A stretch of 64,000 bases of DNA from assembly GCF_006345805.1 (NCBI RefSeq), contig NC_043003.1:76632001-76696000 (forward strand), in the 5' to 3' direction. Shown piece after piece: positions 13,960-27,227 of the stretch; position 1 is the stretch's first letter; every line of letters begins with the position of its first letter. Under the pieces are notes generated by a model that had not been told where the DNA came from, searched no databases, and saw nothing but the letters and a program-made list of their open reading frames with translations. The DNA is from Octopus sinensis (lineage: Eukaryota). Both the position numbers and the translations under genes were made by a program.

Positions 13960-15420
13960 CGCGCTTATGTTTGGCAGCTAAGTAGTTGAAATAGCCTCCA
14001 ACAAACAAGAGAAAGTAATACAGTTTGAGGTCAATGCGCGCAGGTTCCTACAGATAACATCTAAGGGACACATTGATAGACAAATGAAAACAATGATGAC
14101 ATTGTTGGATGTGTTTTTGCTAGATTCAGACTTATCGAAATATATAACAAGTAGCATTCCAAATAAAATGCAGAGTTACGAAAAAGCAATAACTCAGGCA
14201 TGAGCTGAGAACGTTCATCAAGCAATACAAAGGGGCCAGGGAAGAGGTAATTCGAGCGCTGATGAGGCTGCGAAACATGTTGATGGCGTAGCTGGCCGCT
14301 CTTCATAGAGGAGAATGGCACAGAACAAAAGGTTAGAAAGAACCAAGAAATCTGTCGTTTTCATTTGATTTGAAGACTGATAGTTTTACCAAGGCCCTGC
14401 TTGGTGACAAGAAAGAATCTCATTTCTTCCAAATATCCAGTGCGAATTTTAATAAGAACATATCTTGATAGACACAGCAACATAACAACTGTGTTTGACA
14501 TGAATGAATCAAGCTGAAAGTAAGTTAAGAAGTTTGATAAAGCATCAAGGTAAGATTCCGTTCTAAGGCCCACCAGAGCGCTGTACAGTTGTTCGAGGAA
14601 CCTTCAACAACTGCAACCGAGGAAGATACTGAAAGGGATCTGTCGGAGAGGAAGAGTCGCCAGATAAGGCTGGTGTACCAACGGTATTTGATTGACCGAG
14701 GGGAATAATTCTAAGAAGATAGAGCGGTTGAGGGCCATCTCACTTCTTAGCATACATGGAAAAATATTTCTCAGTATCTTGTCCTGACAGTAGACTAACT
14801 TACTCCAGAAAAACGTGTACATTGACATATCAATACAGAAAGACGACAGGGCGGCGAGCTGGCAGAAACAACAGCGCGCCGGGCGAAATGCGTAGCCGTA
14901 TTTCGTCTTGAGTTCAAATTCCGCCGAGGTCGACTTTGCCTTTCATCCTTTCCGGGTTGATTAAATAAGTACCAGTTACGCACTGGGGTCGATATAATCG
15001 ACTTAATCCGTTTGTCTGTCCTTGTTTTCCCTCTCTGTGTTTAGCCCCTTGTGGGTAGTTAAGAAATAGGTATTTCGTCTATCTTTACGTTCTGAGTTCA
15101 AATTCCGCCGAGGTCGACTTTGTCTTTCATCCTCTCGGGGTCCATAAAATAAGTACCAGTTGCGTACTGGGGTCGATCTAAAAGTTTCGGACCTTGTACC
15201 TAGAGTAGAAAAGTATATAGAAAGGCGAGGTTGTAGGAACACCTGACTGCATGGAACGTGCAGGAGCAAACACATAACTCTTAAGAGAAACAAACAAAGC
15301 AAAGGGAGATTTGGCATTTCTTTGTTTAAACCTCGCAAATGCTGACGTGTTTATGCCAGATATACTGGTAGAGTAACTTCTTCGAATACATCATATTTCC
15401 GGTAGTTTCAAGGAGCTCAT
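13960..15420 (+). mobile_element. HERO (R2-superfamily) LINE RT remnant interrupted by SINEs
   Basis: GEWHRTK; LRAISLLSIHGKIFLSILS..KNVYIDISIQK, then the SINE insert, then GEVVGTPDCMERAG..LLRE..KGDLAFLCLNLANA..PDILVE (cf. HERO FRTISLLNVEGKIFFS..YIDTSVQKGG..GCLEH..GDL.VLWLDLANAYGSIPH). Confidence 0.85.
14850..15214 (+). mobile_element. SINE family A with a second copy nested in it
   Basis: ggcggcgagctggcag head and two bodies. gtatttcgtct is duplicated at 14898 and 15070. Outer imperfect TSD atacagaaagacga / atatagaaaggcga (14833 / 15215). Confidence 0.9.
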
Positions 15421-15601
15421 TCTGGTTTATTGTGAATTACTTCTGGATCCAATTATCAGAGTGGTAAAGACTGGCGTAGCTCTCCTCACATAGAAGAGAG
15501 GAGTATCTACACTCTAGACATAAAATATATTTGTGTGTCTCAGGCAACATGGTCGTCGTCTAGTACAGAGAGATGGGACACCATTACGCCTTAATAGGAT
15601 G

Positions 15602-16332
15602 GTGAGAGGGGATGCTACATCAAGGGAAGTAAAGTTGAGATAGGAGGAAAGAATGAACAGGTAGACTCACTTGGTGATACTTGGGGGAGGGGGTCTAGCG
15701 GTTTATCGATGGGGAAACCAAAGGCTAAGGAAGATAGATGGCAGAATAGAGCAATGAAGAGAAAACCGTGGAAAACTGACAAAATGAAAAACTGGGAAAC
15801 AAGTGAAGAATAAAGAACGAAAAAACGAAAAAGCAAAATAAAAATATATTTTAAAAATATTTTTAAAATATTTTTTAAATATTAAAATTATTAAAAATAT
15901 TAAGGAATTTGAAATATTAAAAAAAAATTAGATAACTTTCGAAACTTTTGAACCTTTGAACTTTGAATATTGGAGAATTAAAAAAAAGACTTTCATGGAT
16001 TTTCTCAAACAATTAAATGTCTTAAAATATTTCAAAATACGTTTGAAGGTTTTCGAAATATTTTTAAATATTTTTTTAATAATTTTTTTTCTCTTTTCGT
16101 TTCTCATTCTTCATTCTTCAATTTTTCAATTTTTCAATTTCTCAATTTTTCATTTTGTCTGCCCTCCACGGTTTTCTCTTCATTGCTCTGTTCTACCATC
16201 TTTCACCCTTAGCCTTTGGCCTTCCCCATCGACAAACTGCTACACTCGCCCCCAAGTATCACCTCCTCCTTCTACCTATTTACTCTTTACCCCTAGCTCA
16301 ACTTTAGTCTTCTTAGCATAGCCTCCTGTCAC
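15602..16332. repeat. ~730-bp foldback element with ~300-bp diverged inverted arms
   Basis: ggtgatacttgggg..atcgatggggaa..caaaggctaagg..gagcaatgaagagaaaaccgtgga is mirrored by tccacggttttctcttcattgctc..ccttagcctttgg..ttccccatcga..ccccaagtatcacc. Confidence 0.9.
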
Positions 16333-16637
16333 ATTTCTCTTTACTGGACTCTAGACAAAGATCTACGTGCAATAACCACCGAGAAGAGACATTATGGACA
16401 ACCTAATTGTAACAACATCATCAGATACTGCTGTCAGTGGAATCATTCGGATATTTTAGAAGCAAATCTCATAAACAAGGTAGATTTAAACGATTAAGAA
16501 AGGCGCGTCAGTAGATTTGGTCGACGGAAACTAAAAGAAGTCTCCCCTATATTACATGGAAAAATGCGAGCATGAAAAGTCATATTCTGAAGATCATAAA
16601 CATGGAAATGTACAGGACAATTTATTACACTTGTAAA

Positions 16638-16987
16638 AGTAGAGGACACACTATTACTTCTGGTAAAGTAAAGAATAAGAAACTTTTTACTTAAAATATT
16701 GCAGCAAAGAATGCCAGTTCTTCTAATTTATCACTCTTTCCAGTTCCCATCTTTTAAATTTATTGTATAAAGTTGTTCAGCTAATTTGTTAATTTGTCTA
16801 ATTCGTCATTTTTTTCCGTATTTAAGGTAGTAAATTAGCCAAATTCTACTTAAATATATATATAGTGTTATTTGTAAACTATAATAAAATAAGTTTTAAT
16901 ATTGAAATTTTAATATTAGCTGCAATATTTTAAGTAAAATGTTTCTTATTCTTTACTTTCCTAGACATTATAGTTTGTCCTATACTT
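16638..16987. mobile_element. MITE-like element with ~68-bp TIRs
   Basis: aaagtaaagaataagaaac.ttttacttaaaatattgcagc (to 16705) is inverted at 16919-16987. Confidence 0.8.
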
Positions 16988-17773
16988 AAGAAAGTCAACA
17001 TTTATTTGGAACCTGTACTAAATATGAAATTCAGGATTGAATGCGACGGTGAAGAAAGTCAATCTCCAAGAAAATTCAGAAGGTATAATTCAATTTTTCA
17101 TAGAACAATAATTTATGATTTTACAATTTTTAAACGAACGCTGAACAAAGTGTGTACAAAGGAATATGTTGCTATTGTGAACGTTAATTAATTAAAGACA
17201 TTTCATTTGAGATGTATGTAGCAAGACATAAATTAATTTGACATCACTTACTATATATTTTAACTGTGTATTGTTATATGCAGTGGAATAAATACTGACT
17301 ATCGCAGTAAAAATATTGTCCGGCATTGAATACTGAAAGTGATTAAGCAGCATAGCAGGAATATAGTAAGGGCGCTAGGACTGTTAAAAAGCCATTATCT
17401 TCAAACTGATTATAAGTACTGGAATAATATTTATGTAATTATATTGAAAGGGCTGCTAAAGCTTTCTATCTCGCCAAATTTCCAAATTTGTTATAAGAAC
17501 CAGAAGATTTTTTCCAGATATATTTGCGAGTGTTTTGAGTGCTATGAAATCAGCCAAATCTTAATGTTGGTTATCAAAAACACAATAATATTTCAGCACA
17601 TATGTAGTGATAATCGTTAATGTTGTTTAAACCGCAACTCTCCATCATGAAAAGGAAAATCCAAACAGTGGTACTTCAAAGTAAACGCTGTTATTCGTTC
17701 AACGTCCAGGCCGCAACTAAACTAAACTCTTTCAAAATTGGCGCGTTTGAATGATGGGCGATACAGTCACATA

Positions 17774-17954
17774 TTATTATATCTATTGTCTTCTCTTATA
17801 TAATCTAAACTCCGGTTTACCAACCGAATCACTTGCTACCGTACAATCTTACAAAAGATTGTACCTACCCAGCTAATAGCCAGGAGCGACTCTGGATTTG
17901 ATGATCCATTAGAGGTATTAAACTCCTCTAACCTTATATATATATTATATATAT

Positions 17955-17992
<38 letters not shown>

Positions 17993-18200
17993 GGGAGGAG
18001 GCTTGAAAATGCAGAGGTCTTTTTAAAGATGTTTATTGACATGACCGGTTTCACTTTTTTAAGAATAAAAGTGTAAAAAATTAAGTTAATATAAGATAGG
18101 ATGAAAAGTTGTTTTTTAAGGAGGGTGTAAAGACAGTCACACACAGACATACATTCACGCCCTTCCGGTCATTCCAAAATGTTTGTCGCTTTGAAAATAT
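17774..18200. repeat. Non-coding dispersed repeat; 17774-18067 is duplicated at 21021-21269 and 18070-18120 is shared with 22900-22955
   Basis: Near-identical sequence apart from an internal (TA)n expansion. Confidence 0.9.
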
Positions 18201-18471
18201 ATAGCTGTATCTAAGTGTATTCTAAATGTTTCGGTATTTGTGCGATTATATACTTAAATAAAAAATACTTACTTTAATTGACCATGAGGAATCATTATAG
18301 AGCCGTACTGGCTTTTGAATCTGGGCCCTCGTTCTTTATAGAAAAAACAGCAGCTTGCTAATGGAAAAGATTGCATTATGCTTGTTCTGTTTTTCATTGG
18401 TTAATTATTACTCACCTGCATACACATACACATTAAAAGGGATAACTGAAGTTATAAGTGTATACAAGACG

Positions 18472-18854
18472 CAGGCGCGGCTGTGTTGTAAGAAGCTTGC
18501 TTCCCAACAACATGATTCCTAGTTAACCTTGGGCAATTGTCTTCTACTATAGCCTCGGGCCGACCAGATACTTCTGAGTAGATTTCGTAGACTTAAACTG
18601 AAAGAAGCCTATGGGATATGTGTGTATGTGTGTGTGTGTGTGTCTGTGTGTCTTCGTGTTTGTGTTTGTTCTCGATCACCACTTGACAACCGGTGTTGGT
18701 GTGTTAACGTCCCCTTGGCTTAGAGGCTCGGCAAAAGGGCCGATAGAATAATTACCAAGCTTTACAAATGTCCTGGGGTCGATTTGTTCGAAAAAAAAAC
18801 CTTCAAGACGGTGCCGCAATGTGGCTGCGGTCACATGACTGAAACAAATAAAAG
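18472..18854 (+). mobile_element. SINE family B, full length with internal (TG)n
   Basis: Family B head, body and 3' part (ttgacaaccggtgttggtgtgtt...gtcacatgactgaaacaa). Confidence 0.9.
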
Positions 18855-18978
18855 GTATAGAACTTATGCGTGAGTGTATGTTGTGAGTCTGTATGTAAAC
18901 AAATGTGCATAACATCTAGTAGATTGTTCTGTACCTTATGTATATATCTATATCTATATCTATCTATCTATCTATCTA

Positions 18979-19043
<65 letters not shown>

Positions 19044-19052
19044 TATATATAT

Positions 19053-19100
<48 letters not shown>

Positions 19101-19120
19101 GTGTGTGTGTGTGTGTGTGT

Positions 19121-19415
19121 GGAGGGGCAGTGGCCTAGTGGTTAGGGCAGCCGGCTTGCGGTTGTAAGATCGCGGTTTCGATTCCCAGACCGGGCGTTGT
19201 GAGTGTTTATTGAACAAAAAAACCTAATGCTCCACGAAGCTCCGGCAGGGGGAAGTGGCGATCCCTGCTGTACTCATTCGCCACAACTTTCTCTCACTCT
19301 TTCTTCTGGTGGCCTGCTCGCTCAGCCAGCGGGGTGGCGTCATTTGCAAAGCGCATTGTGACCAGCGATGTGTAGCAACATCTGCTAGCCTGGTCGGTCA
19401 CGGTGATCACGGTGG
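19121..19415 (+). mobile_element. SINE family C
   Basis: Homologous to 5311-5622, with (TG)n 5' and (TA)n 3'. Confidence 0.9.
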
Positions 19416-19423
19416 TATATATG

Positions 19424-19498
<75 letters not shown>

Positions 19499-19660
19499 CA
19501 AATGGTGAAGAGTTATCAATCCGGGCAAAACACTTCCTAAGCGCTCTGTTGGCACTCCGGGCTAAAAATATTACATACAGTCCAAAGTTGTGGTTCATCA
19601 CAATCCTTTATTATAAATCCGTGGATGAACTTTAGTTAAACTTGTTTTTACATAAGGATG

Positions 19661-19819
19661 TATAATAGACAAGTTGAAATAATGTCCATTACATATAATT
19701 CCTTTATTATATCAATTGAGGAAACCTGTATATAATGACTACAGGAAACAGCTGTAAGTGAAATTTGCTATTATAAGAGAAATATATATAATGACCATTA
19801 TTTTAACTTGTCTATTATA
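19661..19819. repeat. Short foldback enclosing a degenerate HHR-like motif
   Basis: ~48-bp inverted arms (tataatagacaagtt.aaataatg..). Centre reads UUGAGGA..CUGUA/UACAG-GAAA-CAGCUGUA. Confidence 0.7.
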
Positions 19820-19832
19820 TATATATATATAT

Positions 19833-20340
19833 ACTAGCAGTATCGCCCGGCGTTGCTCGGGTTTGTAGGGGAAATAACTATATAAGCATTTTTAGAGAGT
19901 TACTTCCCTTATAGATGCCAATTCGGGCTTTCTTATCCATTTCTGTTTTGGTGTCTTCAAGCCACGAAGTCGTTGTTCTAAAAGAACGCTGGTCTCCTTG
20001 ACAACGCTTTACGACGTTGATTTTCTTACACTCCCTTCCCCACAGCTTCACGAGGGAGGGAAGAAGGGGGAGAAGCAAACAGGTGCAGGTGTGACCATCG
20101 ACGCCAACTCCGCCACCATCGACACACGAAAAATTATGCATTCAAATGGAATAAAAAAATGATGTTAAATTATTTTTAAAATCGTAGACTCATCGTAGAC
20201 GCGCGCTAATACTCAGACGAGCTCGATATGAATCACGACTATAAGTTACCCGAATTTGGTTAAACTGCACCGCAAAATGTGGGAGTAGTTAGGAATCTAA
20301 ATCGGAGGGGACAGACACTCACACAACTACAGTTTTATAT
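19833..20340 (-). mobile_element. Non-autonomous Helitron
   Basis: Minus-strand 3' end has the hairpin cccgagcaacgccggg followed by gctagt. The 5' end reads tatataaaactgtagttgtgtgagtgtctgtcc. Inserted in (TA)n. Confidence 0.8.
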
Positions 20341-20346
20341 ATATAT

Positions 20347-20794
<448 letters not shown>

Positions 20795-20821
20795 TATATA
20801 ATATATATATATGTATAAAAG

Positions 20822-21046
20822 ATAAGATAAGAAAATGGATATAATAACAATGGGAGACTCGTGGTTTACGCTGGCATGTCTTTAAGTAAATAGGTAACAA
20901 AAAGTAAGAAGCAGAGATAAGAGTGGCATTTACGATCGTAAATGCAATGCTCATATGTGCTTCTTACTTTTTTGTTACTTAATTAAAGACATGCCAGCGT
21001 AAACCACGAGTTTCCCATTGTTATTATATCTATTGTCTTCTCTTAT
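20822..21046. repeat. ~225-bp palindrome at the end of the 21021-21269 repeat
   Basis: Perfect loopless centre gcatttacga|tcgtaaatgc (20926-20945). Arm ctcgtggtttacgctggcatgtctttaa is mirrored. Confidence 0.9.
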
Positions 21047-23235
21047 ATAACCTAAACTCCGGTTTACCAACCGAATCACTTGCTACCGTACAATCTTACA
21101 AAAGATTGTACCTACCCAGCTAATAGCCAGGAGCAACTCTGGATTTGATGATCCATTAGAGGTATTAAACTCCTCTAACCTTATACATATATAGGGAGGA
21201 GGCTTTGAAAATGCAGAGGTCTTTTTAAAGATGTTTATTGACATGACCGGTTACACTTTCTTAAGAATAGATTTTCAAAAGTAAAATGTATGTCTTTGTG
21301 TAGCCTTTGTGGTGTCAACAATGGTTACCATAGATGTCTTAAAATACAGTGATACAGTCTTTGACAATGATAAGAAAATGTTATGAAATAGAGGAGCTAA
21401 TGCAGTTTCGTACCTCTCCTTGAAAAATGCATTTGTTTGAAAACATGTTTTCGGATTCCTAAGTTTTAGAAGTCAGAGATTACGAATATTTTAATTTCCT
21501 TATCACCCCAACCGCTTCCCTCCCCCAATTTAAATTTATGATTTTGTTTACTTTAAAGAGATCGTAGCGAATTGACGAATCGAAATTAAATATAGACAAA
21601 AACATTAAAGTGAAAACAATTTGCCTTTTACTTGTTTGCCTCAGATAATCGTAAATAATAATTTAATGTAAATAAACATTGGAGCTCAAATTTCACCCCT
21701 TCCTCAATGTTTAATTTTGAACGTTTTCATCCATTTATTTATTTATCTGTCCTTTTATTCATAAAATACATTTGTCAACTAAGTGTTGCAGTCCTATAGA
21801 AGACGGTGTTACTGTTGCTTTTAGCCACATACCTATCTCTTTCACTATACACATAGCTAATGCTTATTGAATTTAAAATTTTGAAAACGTGATTTCTTGC
21901 ATATTCGGAATCTCTGTCATCTAAAACATATAAGCATATATACAGAAAGAATTTGTAGACAGTATTTGCTTAATCAAAACTTCATCGGAAATCATATTTA
22001 TTTATACAGAACTTTAGGGAAATGACCAACCATTTTTCTTCATCTCCAGTCTTCCATATGTGTATGACAAGGATGGTTGCTGTCTTTAGAAATAGCGTGG
22101 GATGTTTGTTGGTGGGGGAAGCCATTCACGTAGTTTGTGGAATCAAAAGGATTATTTTGATTATGGCCTAGTCTGTCATGGTTCAGTGGTTTGTGGACGG
22201 GTCTTAAAGTTCAAGATGGTGTGTGTATGTGCTTGTGAGTGCGTGTGTGTGTGAGTGTATGCACGGTTCTATGTGTGTGTCTGCATACGTATGTGTGTGT
22301 GTGAGGGTGAATATGTATGTATGTGTGTGCTTCTACGTAATGTTCGTGTTTGTACGGAGTATACGTTTGTGGGTGTGGTTTATGCAGTTTTCGGGTGTGT
22401 GCGCATGTGTGTGTACGTGTGCATGTGTGTGTACGTGTGCATGCGTGTGTGCGTCTATGTTATTTCTGTTTGGTGTGTGCATATGGTGTGTACGTGTGTG
22501 TAGGGGGAGGTATATGTGCGTTCATTTTGTGTGGCGTGCATGGTGTGTGTGGGAGGTCTATGTGAAGTATATGTGCCTTCATGGGTGTGCGCATGCTTAT
22601 ATGTGTGCGTGTGTATGTATATGTACGTGTGTGCAGGTATGTGTGCGCGTATGCAGAAATAAAATAAACTATTATAAAATAAGATTGATAATAAAAGAAA
22701 AAAGGGCAAAGTGTATAAGATGAAAGGATAAAATTAATGAATAGAAAAGTATATAAAAAAATAACAGATACAAAATGAATAGTAAAAATTAAAAGAACAA
22801 ATTAGAAATTAATACAATTATAAAATGTTAACACAAATAAAAAATTAATATAGTTAAAAATGTTCACAGAAGAAACGATAAAAATCGAAAAAAACGAATA
22901 AAAGTGTATAAAATTGAGTTAATATGAGATAGGATGAAAAGTTGTTTTTTTAAGAGGCGGGCGTTGAGCTGAGTCCGAGAGGAAATTGTGTTTATAGACT
23001 GAAAATATAACGCTGTTCCACACGTAGTCAAGTGCGTGTGAATCCGTGGCGCAGGGCCATTTTGAAAACGTGTGAATCACTCGTACAGTTGTGCGCGGCT
23101 CATACACTCCTCTCCATATACTTTCTGCAACTTCGCGTAGGAGTCTGAGCAGTTATCGCCATGAGAGCTGAGTTCAAGATTAATCTTTGCCAAGAGGTTT
23201 CATTCTCCGTGCTATATCTTTGTTATTGTGAAAAC

Positions 23236-23293
<58 letters not shown>

Positions 23294-23553
23294 TATATAT
23301 ATGTATGTATATATATATGTATAATATATGTATATATATATGTATGTATGTATATATATGTATATATAATATATATATGTATATATATATGTATGTATGT
23401 ATATATATATATATGTATATATATATGTATGTATGTATGTATATATGTATGTATGTATGTATATATATATATATATGTATGCAAGTATGTATATATATAT
23501 GTATATATATATATATATATAATATATATATATGTATATATAATATATATATG

Positions 23554-23613
<60 letters not shown>

Positions 23614-23651
23614 TGTATATATATGTATATATATATATATGTATATATATG

Positions 23652-23684
<33 letters not shown>

Positions 23685-23735
23685 GTTATATATATATATA
23701 TATATTATATATATATATATGCATATATATATATG

Positions 23736-23768
<33 letters not shown>

Positions 23769-23789
23769 ATATATATATATATATAGATG

Positions 23790-24870
23790 TTGCTCTATTA
23801 TCAATTCACATACGGTTAGGATAGGTTTTTCAAACACAACAAATCTCTTACAAATTATCTCTTCACATAATAACAAACTGTTAAATATTAATACATTTAC
23901 TAATACTAACATTAATTTAGCTAATACCATCCAACCTCTAGAAATATTAATTACAAAGTTATTGTATCTGAAGTCAATTCCAATAGAATTAAGTTTATGT
24001 CAAGTAACTCTAAGATTAAAAATTCTATATACCAGTGTATTATCAGTACTCGTAATAAAGTACGATTTTACATTGGAAGCACATCGTTAAAGTTGTCAAA
24101 GAGAATTTCTATCCATTACTCAACATTTAGGGATAGAAATAAACGTAATAGTACCGGTCTCAGAAACTGATTTGGGATTTAAATGACCACAATGAATAAT
24201 TTCATTTAGAATGGTTGATTCTCCCAATTTCGATACCTTATGACAAAGGCAAGGAATTCTGTCTTCTCTGCAATTCTGAGCTATTTTTCATTATTTTTTC
24301 TAAAACTACTCTAGTAAACACGGTTATAGAGCAAGCATACAGATGTAAGCATTGCCAAAAACACACATTTAGTGCATATAGGTAGTCTCTATAATTATGT
24401 ATAATTTAAACTTTAACTTCCTTTATATTTAACATTCACTATTGGTATCCATACTCTTTCTGTTAGCTACTTATGACGTTATATCATATAACGTTTTTTT
24501 AAACAATATTAATAGCGTTCTGTCAATCGCTATACAAATCCATCATTTTTTGCTAAAATGTCGTATTGACGAGTTTAGTTTTTTTCACTTTCCCGAAGAG
24601 AAGATTGCATTGTTTATACCATTTATTCTTTTGAATAGTATCAGTGGGATTTTCGAAACATGTGTCGAAAGTAAAAATATTTGATTTACACTGCGTTAAA
24701 CTCCATTTATTTATTCATATATTATTCAAAATATTCTACGTAAACATGACGTTTCTACCTTTATAAACAAGGAGTTACAACATCTTTACTTGTGAGATTT
24801 TTGCTACCCTCGTAACTATTTATTTATATTTTCCGTGTTAATTGTTAACAAGGTAAAATACCTTCATTTA
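23790..24870 (+). mobile_element. Penelope-like element 3' part: GIY-YIG endonuclease remnant plus pseudo-LTR
   Basis: 24010-24385 translates IYQCIIS..FYIGSTS..KRISIHYSTF..STGL..IWDL..EWLIL..PYDKGKEFCLLCNSE..VNT..E..CKH..K with frameshifts, followed by an HHR-bearing repeat. Confidence 0.85.
24587..24672 (+). ncRNA. Minimal type I hammerhead ribozyme (CCGAAGA variant)
   Basis: ACUUUC(24587)-CCGAAGA(24593-99)-GAAGAUU..GAUUUUC-GAAA(24655-58)-CAUGUGUC(24666)-GAAAGU. Confidence 0.75.
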
Positions 24871-24974
24871 TTTATATATATATATATATGTATGTATGTA
24901 TATATATATATGTATGTATGTATGTATATATATATGTATGTATGTATGTATATATATATATGTATGCATGTGCG

Positions 24975-25005
<31 letters not shown>

Positions 25006-25222
25006 GCATGTGTGTGTATATATATATATATATATATTATATATATGTATATATGTATATATATGTATATATATATATATGTATATATATGTATATATAT
25101 ATATATTATATATATATAATATTAATTAGAGACAAAACCACTATTATACAAATCAAACAAATCAATCCTAAATCTTATTTTTCCCTGTAAATTTGGATTT
25201 ATTCCCTAATATTTATTATTAT

Positions 25223-25269
<47 letters not shown>

Positions 25270-26186
25270 ATATATATATAGAACAACCTTACTTAGAAAC
25301 GGATGCGTGCATTCCGTCATATAATAAATTAATGAATAAATAAAACATATGCATATATACATACATATATGTACGTACCTACCTCTACATGTCTATATAC
25401 ATGCATATATGGATACAGGACACCAAAACAAAACGTCGGACACAATGAGAAACGAAAACATAAACACAAAACCAAGGAAATGGTTGTTTTAAAAAAATGT
25501 CCATTTCCTTGGTTTTGTGTTTATGTTTTCGTTTCTCATTGTGTTCGACGTTTTTTTTGTGTCCTGTACCCATATATGCATGTATATATACATGTAGAGG
25601 TAGGTACGTACATATATGTATGTATATATGCATATGTTTTATTTATTTATTAATTTATTATATGACGGAACGCACGCATCCATTTCTAAGTAAGACTGTT
25701 CTTAATATTAATAATGATACGCACTCTTAACCTTTGTCTCCCCTCCCTTTCTCAGCCTTCATTCTTCTGGCTTTCCTTTTCTTCTACCTTACTGTCTCTC
25801 CCTCTCTCTCTCTCATTCTTCATTCTTTTCTCTACAACAATTCCCTTTTTTCTCTCCGTTTCTCTTACTCCTCCTCCTCCCTCCCGTCGCGGTCACGTGA
25901 TGAGATGGCTATTTCTGTCTTTCTTCGCCTGGCCTCCTTCAAGTAGATACGGTAAAATATGTTGCTCTCTGCCGTTCTCAAACAATAGCGTTCGTAAAAC
26001 TTTTTTATCTCGTTTCCCTTAACAGCCCTTCTTGTTTGTGTTGCTGTTATTCTCCGTGTCCTGTCTTTTACTGTTTATATTTTGTACTGTCGTTACTGAC
26101 GGTTTTTGTTACCATTTTTACCCCTCCGCAAAAAATCTCAAATTTTATTTAATTTGATTTTTGCGGGAAGGAAATTTTCTTTGAAG

Positions 26187-26248
26187 TCATGTATCGCCTT
26201 GACCTTCGAAACGTGGAGTAGATGAAATTAAGGCGACTGATGAAGGGG
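26187..26248 (+). ncRNA. Hammerhead motif with non-canonical strand order, copy 1
   Basis: UCAUGUA^UCGCCUUGA-CCUUC-GAAA-CGUGG..UUAAGGCGA-CUGAUGA-AGGGG: 9-bp stem I and 6-bp stem III in exact register. Confidence 0.65.
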
Positions 26249-26993
26249 AAATTTCCTTGTTTTGTATGTCCTGAACTCTATTTTTTCGTTGTTTTAAAAA
26301 AATGTTCATTTCCTTGGTATTGTATTTATGTTTTCGTTTCTCATTGTGTTCGACGTTTTTTTTGCTGTCCTGTACCCATATATGCATGTATATATACATG
26401 TAGAGGTAGGTACGTACATATATGTATGTATATATGCATATGTTTTATTTATTTATTAATTTATTATATGACGGAACGCACGCATCCATTTCTAAGTAGA
26501 CTGTTCTTAATATTAATAATGATACGCACTCTTAACCTTTGTCTCCCCTCCCTTTCTCAGCCTTCATTCTTCTGGCTTTCCTTTTCTTCTACCTTACTGT
26601 CTCTCCCTCTCTCTCTCTCTCATTCTTCATTCTTTTCTCTACAACAATTCCCTTTTTTCTCTCCGTTTCTCTTACTCCTCCTCCTCCCTCCCGTCGCGGT
26701 CACGTGATGAGATGGCTATTTCTGTCTTTCTTCGCCTGGCCTCCTTCAAGTAGATACGGTAAAATATGTTGCTCTCTGCCGTTCTCAAAGAATAGCGTTC
26801 GTAAAACTTTTTTATCTCGTTTCCCTTAACAGCCCTTCTTGTTTGTGTTGCTGTTATTCTCCGTGTCCTGTCTTTTACTGTTTATATTTTGTACTGTCGT
26901 TACTGACGGTTTTTGTTACCATTTTTACCCCTCCGCAAAAAATCTCAAATTTTATTTAATTTGATTTTTGCGGGAAGGAAATTTTCTTTGAAG

Positions 26994-27055
26994 TCATGTA
27001 TCGCCTTGACCTTCGAAACGTGGAGTAGATGAAATTAAGGCGACTGAAGAAGGGG
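26994..27055 (+). ncRNA. Hammerhead motif with non-canonical strand order, copy 2
   Basis: Same as copy 1 except the core reads CUGAAGA (27044-27050), a change at the free N7 position. Confidence 0.65.
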
Positions 27056-27227
27056 AACTTTCCTTGTTTTGTATGTCCTGTACTCTATGTTTTCGTTGTT
27101 TTAAAAAAATGTCCGTTTCCTTGGTTTTGTGTTTATGTTTTCGTTTCTCATTGTGTTCGACGTTTTTTTGGTGTCCTGTACCCACATATATGTATGTATA
27201 TATGCATATGTTTTATTTATTTATTAA

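Noticed and set aside
14259-14282. CUGAUGA-GGCUGC-GAAA-CAUGUU, a perfect-looking HHR core
   Set aside because: There is no stem I pairing, and it lies within the HERO coding remnant, so it is probably chance.
23238-23785. Recurrent single-base phase slips (taat/atta) in long (TA)n tracts
   Set aside because: Most likely slippage or sequencing/consensus error; there is no consistent higher-order period.
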